DNA of 64,000 bases, taken from NCBI GenBank assembly GCA_002633005.1, contig NMRA01000003.1:2282075-2346074 (forward strand), written 5' to 3'. The DNA comes from Phoronis australis. Lineage: Eukaryota > Animalia > Phoronida. This document shows, piece after piece, positions 50,518-63,270 of the stretch. The position numbers and the translations under genes are program-made. Below the pieces are notes generated by a model. That model worked only from the letters and a program-made list of their open reading frames with translations. It searched no databases and was not told the DNA's origin. Position 1 is the stretch's first letter. Each line of letters opens with the position of its first letter.

Positions 50518-51222
50518 ATGCTAATTATAAAAATGTTGGAATTTGATGATGACGGATACGTTATGTACAGCGGCGTGGCATCTAATGGGACCCTCAAGAA
50601 GTCTTACATTCTCTTCGTCAAAAACAACGATTCTCAGCCATTACCTTTGGAAAACTACAACCAGGAGGGCGCGTTGGTGTACGTGGTGTTAACCTTGACT
50701 TTTTACGCGTTGTCTATCATCGCAATGATTGCAGGTTTGGTAAAAAAGAAACGAACATGGCAAATGGATGCAGAGGCCACAGAATATTTGCGTAATGTCG
50801 ATGATGTGCGAAAACGTGGACGGAACGAGTGTCTACAAAAACTCGTGATGAATATGCCAGTCGAAAGGTTTATAGTGGTTCGGGATTACAACAGAGCTTC
50901 TGGTACACCTGGCAAGCAAACAGCGCAAATTGACGATGACAGCGAAGAAAAACCTCTTACAGCTGGCGACGAAATTCCAGTGATTTTTGAAGAGGATGAA
51001 ACAAAGAATGAGCCACAAAAACAACGAAATGAGAAGTCAGCACACAGACAATCTGTTTCCGAAGTACTTGCTGAATTCTCATTCAACAGACGACATGCGC
51101 CTATTCCAGCGTCGCGTCAAGGTGGCGCTGGTTACGAATCAAGAGGCACGTACAGACGGGGCGACATGTCCCAGGACCAGGACGTCAACTGGAATATGAT
51201 AAGCGATTCTAACATTATTTAG
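50518..51222 (+). CDS. Intronless single-pass membrane protein, 234 aa (KCNE/MinK-like TM region; otherwise uncharacterised)
   Basis: Longest ORF in the window; TM helix aa 52-75 followed by KKKR; N-terminal sequons NGT and NDS; M6 has an aaaATG context. Confidence 0.8.
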   Translation: MLIIKMLEFDDDGYVMYSGVASNGTLKKSYILFVKNNDSQPLPLENYNQEGALVYVVLTLTFYALSIIAMIAGLVKKKRTWQMDAEATEYLRNVDDVRKRGRNECLQKLVMNMPVERFIVVRDYNRASGTPGKQTAQIDDDSEEKPLTAGDEIPVIFEEDETKNEPQKQRNEKSAHRQSVSEVLAEFSFNRRHAPIPASRQGGAGYESRGTYRRGDMSQDQDVNWNMISDSNII

Positions 51223-52671
51223 AGCATTACTTGTTTATCTTTTGCATTCGCAGAGAGTGGGGAATATAACCATGGTAACAGAAATACTGTAGACAGTAGG
51301 CCTACAATCCAGTGTGTAATTGGCAGACGGACAAAAGAGATTGGACAAAGAATTTGAAAGACTAGCGTGTGTTATCCGACAAAATTAGATTCATTATATT
51401 CTTATATCATAACACTGAAACGCATTTGTTTTAATTCGTATGTTCAAATATACAACTTTCATTGAGACCATCAGTGGTATACTTTCGCTCAAGTCACGAT
51501 GAATACAATGGATCCGGATGTGGCTACAAGCACTCGCGTAAGGGGCGGATAATAATCAAGTCATTGATTCAGCGTAAACCATACCTTTATGCCATTATGG
51601 ATTTATAGATCTTTTGATTCAAGAAAAACACCTCTCTATGATGCCTACCTTGCGTATTATTTTCTCTCAGTACTGCTATTCAATTACGGCAGGTCTTGTA
51701 ACGCGATCATCACCCAAGGCAAACGTATTACAGTAGCTTTCAAATTCACCAGGGAAATGGAAATGTGTTTTATTGAAAAGCAAAAGTTCTTGGGTGTAGT
51801 TGTGAACTGTTTTGAATGAAAATGGCATTCCCGGGGTACAGAACGCGATTAAAGAGCAGTGAGCGTTTCGGCCCGCAACAAACTTGAACTAGTCTTCCAT
51901 ATTGAATAGTTATAATGCATTTTTATCTTGAGCAGAATATTCACCAGAAAAAGGGGCGAATGCAAAAAATACAATAATAGCAGGAAGTGACATTGCCACT
52001 TTGTGCAGCCCTGTAAATATCGTTGTGGAGGTACAGAAACTCTGTCCGGCTCCCGGCTTGCCAAATTTTTGGGCCTTCAGTAGTCCCAAACTTCCAAATC
52101 CTATTGCTGGCATTAGACATCCCCTGATCGCCATAGACATATCGGAACTGTTCGAATTTCATCAACCAACGTCGAAATTCACCGTAAAAACTATTTGCTT
52201 AAGGGATACTTAAGGTTACGAATATTGTTTACGAGTGTGAAGCTTAGGTTCATGATGAGTTCTTGAGCCCTGTTGTTCGAGTAACCTGACTAATGCGTTT
52301 CTAATCTTGACATTCTTGGTGCAATGGTATTCCCGCCCATGAATAGTTGACAGCACAGGACTTGTTTAAGACAAACGCGCAACTGTTCCGGGCCTCCTCC
52401 AAGAGAGACCAGCTGAGGGAGGCCCCCTTAACATGAATTGCTGTATCATTGAAAAAACATGAAAAGAGCAACAGTTACCTCCATCATGGGGGAATCTCCC
52501 TCAACGTAAAACGATGCCGAGGCAGGAAAAAGGAATGTTGACAGGACACTTTACAGCGGCTCCTTAGATACTATTTCCTTTACATTCACCGATTAATACC
52601 ACAGGATGAGTTTCGGTAGACGAAAAGTGTCACTAAGTTGAAAACATTTCGTAACTTTAAACCCTGGTTTA

Positions 52672-52755
52672 CATGGGCGGCGCACCACTGGAGGGGCTGC
52701 CAAGGGGGGAGGGGGGCTATAGCCGCCCCACTTTTTCAGTGCAGCGCCGCCCATG
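52672..52755. mobile_element. Short MITE, CATGGGCGGCGC family
   Basis: catgggcggcgc ... gcgccgcccatg. Confidence 0.75.
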
Positions 52756-53011
52756 TTTGCCTTACTTTACTATTAAATTTTAAGTTTTTCAAAGTGGGTG
52801 CGATTTCCGTGGAAACCTTATTACACATGGCGGTTGTTGAGTGAGTACCCCGAATTATGCACGAGTCAACTGTCACTCACAATGGTCTCTATGGTGTCCA
52901 TTTTAAATGGTGATGCATCACAAAAAATGAAAATTAAACTAAAAAATTCATATTAAATTCAATCAAGTCTGAAAACATTCAGAGCAGGCGTTCCTTATCA
53001 TTTGTATGTAG

Positions 53012-53492
53012 TTCCTAGTCTGTCAGTAGGTAACGGCGTGCGGGTTTTACACGTTTACGGGTTAGCGCGTACATGTTTTACGTACGGCGAACTTTTAAAC
53101 TGATGCCACTTCCGATTCTCGAAACAATGAACATTCACAAGATAACCTGAACGATCGCGTAATTAATACGCCCACTTGACCCCCTCCACTAACGTGTTAC
53201 TGTAAAATTCAGACTTGCACACGAAAACGGCTGACAGGCAGCATTTTGACGGAATATTGAAGGCGGTTCATATCCACAACTCCCAGCGATATCAATCTGT
53301 CACAAGGACGGTCATTCGGCAGGTACTTCATGTCAATCATATGACTTGGGGTCCAGGGTTTGACTGACTCATTCAGCGATCGCGTTAACTCGTCTTCGCA
53401 GCGCGTAAACCCTTTACAAAATAGATTAACGCGTAAATCAATCAATGCTAACGCGTAAAACCCGCACGCGTTACCTACTGGCAGACTTGGAA
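53012..53492. mobile_element. MITE with TIRs of about 40 bp
   Basis: ttcctagtctgtcagtaggtaacggcgtgcgggttttac ... gtaaaacccgcacgcgttacctactggcagacttggaa. Confidence 0.8.
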
Positions 53493-54545
53493 TTCCATAG
53501 CTTGATATTTATTCACTTCGAGAAGTCACGGCAACCGCATAGGTATCAGAGAGGGGTGGACAAAAGAGACCCCGTCCTTCCGGCATGGACAAGACCAACT
53601 ACTTGTTTAATCAGACCAGAGATAAAATAACCATTAAGAATTAATTTCAGGCAATGTCCAGAGTCATTGAAACAGGCGCTAAGTTGTGAGCATCGCGGAA
53701 ACATTCCACGTCAAAGTGAATGAAAGGAAAATGGCAAAAATCCCTTTTTTGCCACCAGTACTGAAAAAGCCGAAAACATGTTATTATACCTTACAGCGAG
53801 GGCCCAGAAAAATGTCCTGCTCCATTGCTATTAACCCGACTGTTATTTAGTCATTGCTTGACAGGATTTCAGGTAGCCAGAAGATTTACATTTTTAAGTA
53901 GGACAGTTTTTACTAAAAACCTTGGCACCAGCTAACAATTACCGAACTTAAACATGAACAATGGTGTTTTAATAGTTTCCCAAAGTTATGACTGGGTATT
54001 GTTTAAAGCTCAGGATATTAGCATGAGCGCAATAATTTCAAATGATACAACCTGGGCTGAATCATGTAATAGGTCATACAGATAGGCAAACACATATGTA
54101 CCATTAACTATATGATTGACACCACAACCTCAGAGCATGGGCGAAAGGAAATCATGCTTTCTGCCAAAACAAGTTTTTCATGTAGACCACTTACTGTTGT
54201 GAAAACAATCTCGCATTGTTCCTTAGTCAAAATAGGTGTGGTTTCTAGGCTTGGAAAGAACCTGACAGTTCATTATTTTTTTGATAAATTCTAAGAAGTT
54301 TCAGGTCACACCAGGACCGAAAATTTGATGAACTTGCTCTCTAGGAGCTGTTCATTCTTCTCCAGCCCAAAAATTACTTCTAAACAGAACAGGGAACATG
54401 ACAAGACCAGTTTTATAATTTTAAGTGGCTTAAATTAAAACCTGGGTTTTGCAAAGAAGGCAGAGAGAAACGCCACTTTAAAATATTAAGAATCACATCA
54501 CAGAAGCCAACTTCCAAACACATAAAAAAACCTTTCTAAATAATG

Positions 54546-54551
54546 TTTATT
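54546..54551 (-). terminator. Candidate IFT27 polyadenylation signal
   Basis: tttatt on plus strand, about 520 nt past the stop. Confidence 0.45.
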
Positions 54552-55067
54552 AAATTAACTTATACAGTACTTGGTAACTATATCTTTTTACTTATATACA
54601 TATATGTACAAGTACAAATGCAGACATGAGACACATTCTCTTTATCAACTTAATCACAATGGCTCAGTGCAAATGCAAATTTCTGACATGTGGTAATGTT
54701 GACCTTGACCACTCCCACCCAGTTGTCCACTGGTCGTCAGGTACTCCATTGAGACATCAATTCTTAGGATTCGCACTGACACCCATTGCAACTTCCTAAG
54801 TTTTGGGCATGAATGCAATAATGAAGACCTATGCGAAGACAGAATATTGTGATTGTGGTGGATGGAACTAAATGGCTCGTTCATTAATTACCAATTGACT
54901 TTTCAAACCCAAGAGGAATACATCTAAATATAGAAGCGCCAGAGAGTAAAAATCAATGGTGACTTGATGCATGATTTAGCCCAGCCACTATTAAAAATTA
55001 AATGAGCAATTGCTCTTGAGAGGATGTCTCGGGGGCAGTTCTGACAACTTCTTGGGCCTTCTCCACG

Positions 55068-55166
55068 TCACACAAGACTGTTGAACAGCTCTGCTCTTTC
55101 TTGGTATAACTTGTGGAACTGTGAAGCTAAATATTGAAACGGAACATCCACGTTCTGCATCTCTTT
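55068..55166 (-). CDS. IFT27: IFT27 last exon (KEMQNVDVPFQYLASQFHKLYQERAELFNSLV stop)
   Basis: tttcag acceptor; TGA at 55068-55070. Confidence 0.92.
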   Translation of the reverse strand, partial: KEMQNVDVPFQYLASQFHKLYQERAELFNSLV

Positions 55167-58100
55167 CTGAAAACACAAAGTTTTTATTTCATGAAACTTA
55201 TGCTCCAGCTCTTAGATACGTGTCATATCTGAATCAAGCAGAATATTCCACTTAAAGTCAAAGTAACATTGCGGGTGTATATTCCTGGCTCAAAACTGCT
55301 GCGACTAGATTAAGACTTGTATGTACTGAAGATGGAGGTCTAGTTTTGTTCTGGATTTGCATTTTCAACAACAAATAACTTAAATTCAGGAATGCGGTAA
55401 AGTCTCATAATTTTTGGAAAGGCCACTTTGATTGCCAAAATCGCCAAAGAAAGGCATACTCATATCAAAAAAGGTACCAATAATAAGGCCAAATTTCATT
55501 CTATACAAATGTTCAAGATGAAATCTAAAAATCACTGTTCATCGCAACTTTTGATTTTTTCATCAAAATAACAAAAGTCTTACTTTTTGGTATCCCATCA
55601 TGCAAAAAGTGGAACATACCAAAAACACTTCCTAATAGCGGTTTGGAGGACAATGCATAAAGCACACAAAGTTTCATTTGAATTCAATCAGTCATCTCTG
55701 GTATGTGACAATCTGTATTAGAGGAGGGAGTGTAGCCTAATGCCATAAGTGCCCGCTTTCTTTACTCGAGGTCGTGGGTTCGAGTCCCACTGTGTCACAC
55801 TGCTAACCCTTTGAGTCAGGTTTCTAACTCCTCAGCTCGGTTTTAACTATACATTAAAAAAGCATAAACATGGTTCCAGGTGATCAGTGCAATGGGTCGA
55901 CATGCGCGGCCTGTGCACGGCAGGTACAATGTGTATCAGACCGCCTGCAATCATTTTTTTATAATTGGACATTTATGTTGGGTCCTACGTAAACTTACTA
56001 CAAGACTTTGGAAAATCATATCACACGAAAAACGGCAATAGTCGAAGAATGAATGTAGTTTGGGCGTGCAAAGATAATAATTCAGTTAATAACCTTCTTT
56101 ACAAATGGATGCAATTAGATAGAGGTTGATATCACCTGTTTATTAATTATTGACAGAATCAGAAATGTCAAAGACAACAGATGGTGCCCTGTGCAATCAA
56201 TGGAACTACAGGGTGATTAAAGTCAAATGAACAGATGAATGTCCGAGTGCCAGTTCTAAACAGAAAGTCCAAATTTCAAATAATCATACGGGTTCTTCAC
56301 AACCTGTTTTGACTCATCGCCTTATGAGTTTAAATTTCATGTGGACGAGTTTGGCTTTTTTGCATTGAGCTCGAAACTCCTTTGCAAAAAAAATTAGAGG
56401 TTTTGTGAGATTAGTTATTTCTGAAGCCAACTAGAGCATTTTGGACTAAAGTCAGCAGTTCACTGCATTTATTTCAAGACTTAACATCCAGCCCCCCACA
56501 GTATGGACATGGACTTTCAAAGAATTCGTAATTCCTGTATAGGAAAACACTATATGGAATGATTTTATTTTGTCGACACAAGCTCTATAGAACAAAAAAT
56601 AGCGTATCAACTTACCGCAGAAACTTCGAAGTATTCCAGGCCGTTTTGTGATGCAAAGCTCTCTGCATCTTTGTTTGAGATTACCCGTCTCTGATCAAGG
56701 TCAATTTTGTTTCCAACTAATACACCTAAAATATAAGGAATTTACAATAAGTGACATGAATTTTACATGCTAACCGCCAAAGATGAGTTCTGATAACTAC
56801 ATGTTTCGTCGATAGATTCAAGAAATTTTCTTATCGACAAATCTTGACACAAAAGTACTAAAATGTAAGAATTTGAGAATAAAGTATGACAAGGTAAGAA
56901 TACCTCCAAAAAGTTGTAGAAGTAGGAAAACATTCAGCATTGGAAGGCCTGCATACAAAACAGATGCAAGGGATTATCACTGTTTCAAACTTTCTCACTG
57001 AAACCAACAATGCTAGTATTCTTGAGATTGCCTCTAGGGGGAGAAAAGCAAATCAGCAATACTCTCTTTAATAAGAATACACATCACAACTTTCATCATG
57101 ATTCAATTTCAATGATATGGCAGTGGGTGACAAAGAACACGCACAGAAATAACAAAAAAACAAAAAGACAACGGGNNGGGTGGGGGAGCAACGTACGTCA
57201 AATACGTATGAAACAAGGGGACATGCTGTCATTATAACTAATAATGGTTCTTCACTTATTTAGCACATAATATGGCGGACAAGTGAATTTTTTGTAAAAT
57301 TTTCCTAACAAACATAAACATAAAGAAAATTTCATCAGTCACTCTGTTGTTAGCATGGTTTGTTGGGTGCAGATGTCATATACAAACATTTAGTCAAGTT
57401 TCTAATATTTGCATTAAAGTAATCAACATTTGAACAATAAAAAATGACAATTTTGATGATCATTTTTGAGCCAAATTTCATAAACGTCCATCAAGGAACT
57501 CCAATTCGTTGATATCAAGTTAAACGCAAAGAAAAACAAAATTGCCAGTAGGGGAATCCTAAGTAGTAGCAAAGTTACCTTTCCAACCATCATCAGTTAC
57601 ACTCTCCTCAATAGAAGCATAGTCATGTAAATTTTAAGAAAATCCATCACGGAACTTAGTAGATGTTGATGCACAGGCAAAAAAACAAAATTGTTTCTAG
57701 AGTGTGGTACAGCTACGAGTTGAACATGTCCGAAACTTATCGTCACCCATACAATTTCTGTAGGAACACATAGGCCAATGTTCATAATGATTCTTGGAAA
57801 AGTTTTCTGACAGACACAACGAACAGATTCATAAATAATTAAAATAGACACTAGGCAAGGGTAATTTTAGGAGTGTGCTCTGTGTTATTGGTGCAAAAAT
57901 ATTTTCATTGATGCACAGCGATTGCTTAGCTCGGGCCAATGGGCCCATTGGTGGAAGTGAGGAAGGACAAAAAATACCATGACCAATTGGTCCTCCATAG
58001 ACTTGAGGCTGTGTGGGTCAATTCACCTATGCCTATGTTTTTCTAAAATGATCCCTGTAATGTTAGCATGCAGTACAACAAATCCATCCAAAAATGTTAA

Positions 58101-61100
58101 GATGTCATCAACTTTCTAGTCGGAACACATAGAGGAAAACATCACAGCCGTAGTCAGATCTGTCCGAAAATCATCATATTGTTTTCACATTTACAAAAAT
58201 ACGCTTGCCAAATATCCTGCAAGGGGTTTAAAAAATGCAGCTGCAAATGCAAAAAAGCAAAACTGCCATTAAGGAGGCCACAATAGTTGGAGCCATCTGA
58301 AATCGCCATGAGCCTTATTCTTCCCAATAGAAAATCATATTGTCATTTTCCATAATGATCCTTAAAGATGATTGGCTGATAGAGAGGTGATTGCCTAAAA
58401 CACACTCAAACACAGTAAAAATTACCATACCTATACGCCAAACTTCACAAAAATCTGTTAAGGAACTCTGAAGATACAGAGGCAAATGTAATAAAAAATA
58501 AAACTGCCACTGACAGAAACAGTTGAATTCTTCCTAAAATTCGAGAGATACAGGAGTATTAAATGTGCCCACAACTGTTTATATAAATGTGTGTGTGTGT
58601 GTGTGTGTGTGAGTGCGTGTGCGTTCCTGTATGTGTGTGTTTGTGAGTGTGCCTCTGTGTGTGTGTGTGCCTGTGTGTGTGTGCCTGTGTGTGTGTGTGC
58701 CTGTGTGTGTGTGCCTGTGTGTGCCTATGTAGCCGCGTCATGACAACTGACATTAAAATTACACATTTATTTGTTTCGGATAGGTTTGCAGTATCAGAGA
58801 ATCTTTCTGAATGTCTCATTTGGGAGTGGCTTTGCGCATTACCTTTGCTAATTAGTTTGGTTGGCTAATGTGTGGGAGAACTGCTGAGTAGACAGATACA
58901 TACACCAACCAGCAGGCTATAATGCATTAAATACCTGACACATCCTTGTGTGGTTATCTTTTAAATGGACAGCTGGCACGATAAGTCTTCATTAAACTAT
59001 GCTTACAACAAAATACCAGTAATATTTTGTTACCAAAATGTTGGCAAATCATCTTCACAAAATCAAATCAGTTGTCCTGACAGTTTCAGCAAAGAGTTTA
59101 GTAGCACTGCACAGTTAAACTGTATCTGAAGCCAATTTGCATGCGGTAATTTCTAGTGGTAGGCCAGGCTTGACGGCAGTTTTGAGATATGCATTACAAG
59201 TAATTTCAGTGAATTTGGTTCGCTTTTATTTGTGAACATTACGTGAATGAAAAAAGTTCGGCTATGGAGGCTTCCTGTAATACTGAAGCATTACTGCTCA
59301 GTGACCAAGGAATCAGCTGCGATTTCAAGAAGCCTTCAAACAACCAGAAACTGCAAAAGATCTGACTGGACGGCAAACATTATTATAAAAATATTTTGCT
59401 CTAGACAACTTTCCGTTGTTGCACTACAGTAATCATAGGCAAAGTAATTAGTGTGGTGCAGAACTACGAATTTACAAAGAATTTGAGCTACAAGGTGGAA
59501 ATGGTGGTGCAGATGAGGGTGGTGACAAGGTGGATTCCAGTATGAAACCATTTTCAACGTGCCTCCCACAACGTTTACGTTTCCAACGAGCCAAGTTGTT
59601 CACTCATCGAAATGCGTGAACAATAGTGTGCTAAACCAGAGTAGCACAGCATTAGGCATGATGGCCATTACCCAGTTGAACTACCATATATGCACTGCTC
59701 CATACATCATTCAGTAAATATGCAACTTTAAGCAAACTGGCATCTAATTATTATATTGAGGTGAATATGAGGCACAACAAACCATGACATAGTCTTCATC
59801 AACCACTTACGTAATCAACATAGAGGATTCACTGCATATCACTCAATTTCCAAGTTGTGAACAAATTACACTGTCCGCATAGCTTGAAAGACCCACCATC
59901 ACATCACAAATAAATTTATAGTGTGTCAGTTTCATTCACACAAACTTGAAATAAGTAGGACTAAAACCAGAAACTGGTTAACGCATTGCTGGCTGGAGTG
60001 ACTACCTGACTTGGCCGCAGCTGACATGTTTTTGCTTTTTCTACCGCTATTGCCACTAGAAGCGCAAGTTTGAGCCTGGGCACTTCCAGAATTACAGTTT
60101 TTACTCTTTTCCTTTGGTTAAAGTTGCATATGAAGTTAATCCTTTAGTAGCACTTTGTCTCCTATTCAAATACAGTATACCTTGGATAGTAATCCGTCAA
60201 CGCATAAACCGACATTTTGCTTTTGTCACCACTTTTGCAAGTGCTGACTTATTTGCTCTTTGAATAGTTACATGTGAATTACTATCCTAATTCATCCCGT
60301 ATACTCCGTCTTTTCAGTTAAACCACAGCCCTTACTCCTTATCATAATGGTAGATTGAAATTCTACTTTCCTTGTTCAATCCATCACATGGTCCCATACT
60401 GCAGGGTGATTTCATTACATGGGTTGTGGCAATCTGTAGGCTTTTTTTACCCCATATTACACCAAGACAGTGAAACTTAATCATTTCTATGCAAGCCTTT
60501 AAGGAGTGTGTCTAGCGTGGTCCTGTTAAGCATGCCTCCAAAGTTGGTATGGCTAAACCGTCATACCGCCTTGATCTCAAAAGTGATGGAAGATCTAGGG
60601 AGTTGTATGCATAACTCATTAAAACAAACTTTCATTGTTAATTGGCGTGTTTGAAGTGCTTAAGGTGTGAAGTGAGTGGTAAACACACCTATTGAAGTCT
60701 ACAAACAAAGGGCAATTAACACTTTGCAGGTTGAGGAACCACTAGTGCCACCTTTGGATCAGACCATTTAGATGTTATTGCTTCAACACTCGGCGAATTA
60801 ACCTTTACATTCATAGGCCAGTAAACAGTTGCAGCCAATCAGATCTTATAGCAGAGAATGACCACACACAGTGTTCAATACCTTAACTTAAGTAACACTC
60901 ACAAAGAAACAAACAGAAACTTAGTTTTGAAGATACACCATCTGGTTCTTAGTAGACAATGTGATTAGGACAATGCACATAAACATACCTGGCATTGAGA
61001 CGTCAGGTTTCTGAGCTTTCACTCTCTCTAGCCATTTGGCACATGATGCGAACGAGGTTTCACTGGTGACATCAAAAACCACCATCACCATTGAAGGTTG

Positions 61101-63270
61101 GGTCCACTGTAGAACAGGTATAACTAGCATTAGCCAAAACCAGACTGGTATTAAAATTAGAACAGGTTTAAAAACACGTTACCAAGAGATATCAAAAGCT
61201 CGGAGCAAAAGTAATAAGAAGTGGACACATTCCAAAAAGTATAGGCAGTAAAATTAATATGGGTTCTTTCAGATAGTCCTAAAACTTACATTGTGAAGGA
61301 AATGTAGAAAGCTTAAAACAGGCCAAACGTTAAAGGATAGCTCTGTGTCCAATGACAGTCATTTTCAATGTAATGGACTATGTCCAGCCAATTTCCAAGT
61401 GAAAGCATTAAATGTCATGGTAACACAGGTGATGTGCAAACTGAACAGAACCTCAGCACCTCCTTCTGATATTCTAAACATGCAAGAGAAATTGTAAAAC
61501 AACTTACAAATTTCTGAACCAGATCTGAAAAACACTCCTTTCCAGCTGAGTCGTAAATGTAGATTTCCTGAAAAAGATTCGATTATCAGAATAGTTTCTG
61601 TAAACTTGCATAGAAATTCAGGAAATGACATTTTCCAGACTTGAGAAGAACGCACAGACTACACACAAAATAAATAGAACACTGCATACATCAGCTACCA
61701 ACCAGATCCTACAAATGATTTTAAGTATTTAAAAAAACTAACAGACAGTGCTCATCCTAATATCAGTGAGTGTTGTTAGACCTACACAAACAAGGAGAAA
61801 TAGTTTGAAAATAATTTGTGTCAATAGTATTCATGATTACTTCCACTTTTTAAACATTCTTACACGAAACTCGTGTTTTAAGATCAGTAATTTCTGTTCC
61901 AGGTATTGCATAGTTCTTTACATATATTCTGTATTTGAAGGTGAAGGGTGCTGTCAAATGTTCAGAATTCCTGTGCCTTCCTCCAGAGAGGAAACATAAC
62001 CTGCAATACAGACATCACTAATCCCGTTACACTGTGCAAGTAACTCGAGATTTAATTTTAAGCAGATAAACTCACCACTGAGTCTGTTGTATCCTTTACG
62101 TTCACAGACTTAACACACAGTTCCACTCCAACTGTCTACAATACAAGAGTAACTGTTACAAACAAAAATCACTGTAAATTAAAACTATGGCTTAGAAAAT
62201 TGGCACCCATTTTTAAAGACATTACCTTGAGAGACAAAAAGCCACAGTACAATTTTACACATTAAAATAAACAGGGGAACAGTGTCCCTTCACAATCATT
62301 CTGGACCTGATACTTTGCTTCCTATAACTGCCAGTTTCTCGATGTAATTAACAAAAATAATTGCCAACTTTTTTCATTTTTTCAAAGAATTCCAACATTG
62401 AATGTCTACAACTTTTCAAAATATTGTCTGTAAAAGGCTATGGTACAGACCTTAGAAATGACAAGTCCTCATTCTAATACAGTAGCAGAATGGTGCTTTG
62501 TCATTTTCAAGCTCTTTACCATGTCTATCATTTAAAGAAAATGAGGAAACAAAATTTCACCTGTCCACAGTATTGTGTCACAAATTGGTGAGATTTTACT
62601 GTTAGAACTGTCCACTGGACCCGAATCTTTTTAAAATGTCAGAATTCACATAAATTATATGTTAAGTAACAAATTACAATATTATGCGTAAGAAAACGGA
62701 GGGTGATAAAAAGTACTATTTAACAAGATCAGTGCAAAGCCTTGTTATGCATTCACAATACACCACATTACTGCGTTTCTACCGGTGCTCATCAGTTTCA
62801 TGTAATATTGCCAACTAACCCCCATGAGATGCACTATTCTTGACGGGGCTTAGGCTTAAATACCACTGGCTAACTAAGCACAAAAGGCTGGATCGTATCG
62901 CAATGTGATGCTCCAACTCTGTAAGAGACAACCATGAAACGGTGGTGGTTTCTTGTATTTGTTTTTGCCCACAGAAAGACTCCGCCTTCCTTCATATTCT
63001 TTGCCTAAAAATGTCAACTTTTCCCTTAAAGCAATTTCACTAAAGGCTAACCATACAAAAGTATAACAAAAGTGTCGAAGGGCTGTGGTAAGCAATCACT
63101 TTTTTAATTTGTGCTCTAACAAATGCTTTGATCAGATGTCAGATCCGTAAGCAACACCGAGCAATGCTCAGCCAAGTGTGGGTACATTACCATTGTGTAA
63201 TTCTTTGGAAAATGGGCACCATCACTGTGAAACACCTGCGTTATTGCACTTTTACCAACTGTGGAGTCAC
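55068..63270 (-). CDS. IFT27: Intraflagellar transport protein 27 (RABL4) small GTPase; 6 exons, first exon beyond right edge
   Basis: Exons 63191-63270, 62076-62135, 61508-61567, 60989-61106, 56616-56725, 55068-55166 in phase; GDSTVGKS, SDGAHFPKNY, DSAGKE, GNKID, EVSAKEM; no CAAX. Confidence 0.93.
55722..55960 (+). mobile_element. tRNA-derived SINE
   Basis: Pol III A-box-like tgtagcctaatgcc, B-box ggttcgagtccc (55777-55788), no full cloverleaf, T-run end. Confidence 0.65.
56616..56725 (-). CDS. IFT27: IFT27 exon (GVLVGNKIDLDQRR...YFEVSA)
   Basis: tttag acceptor, GCG|GTAAGT donor. Confidence 0.92.
57850..58560 (-). mobile_element. Degenerate Helentron-like repeat related to 27791-29002
   Basis: Shares tagtcagatctgtcc, aaactgcca and gaagatacagagg motifs with 28300-28510. 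Confidence 0.55.
58588..58730. repeat. Compound (GT)n microsatellite
   Basis: gtgt runs with gcct interruptions. Confidence 0.95.
60989..61106 (-). CDS. IFT27: IFT27 exon (WTQPSMVMVVFDVTSETSF...SMP)
   Basis: ctacag acceptor, G|GTATGT donor. Confidence 0.92.
61508..61567 (-). CDS. IFT27: IFT27 exon (EIYIYDSAGKECFSDLVQKF)
   Basis: tttcag acceptor, TTT|GTAAGT donor. Confidence 0.9.
62076..62135 (-). CDS. IFT27: IFT27 exon (TVGVELCVKSVNVKDTTDSV)
   Basis: ttgtag acceptor, GTG|GTGAGT donor. Confidence 0.9.
63191..63270 (-). CDS. IFT27: IFT27 exon (P-loop GDSTVGKS...SDGAHFPKNYTM)
   Basis: tttcag acceptor, ATG|GTAAT donor. Confidence 0.92.

Noticed and set aside
51208-51222. C-terminal SNII of the membrane protein as a PDZ ligand for neighbouring PICK1
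   Set aside because: Position -2 is Asn, not a class I or II ligand; adjacency alone is not evidence
52600-52636. Hammerhead-like ggatga-gtttcggtagac-gaaa motif
   Set aside because: The CUGA core is broken and the NUH triplet does not pair correctly
55722-55800. Possible tRNA gene
   Set aside because: A and B boxes present but acceptor and anticodon stems do not form; fits a SINE head
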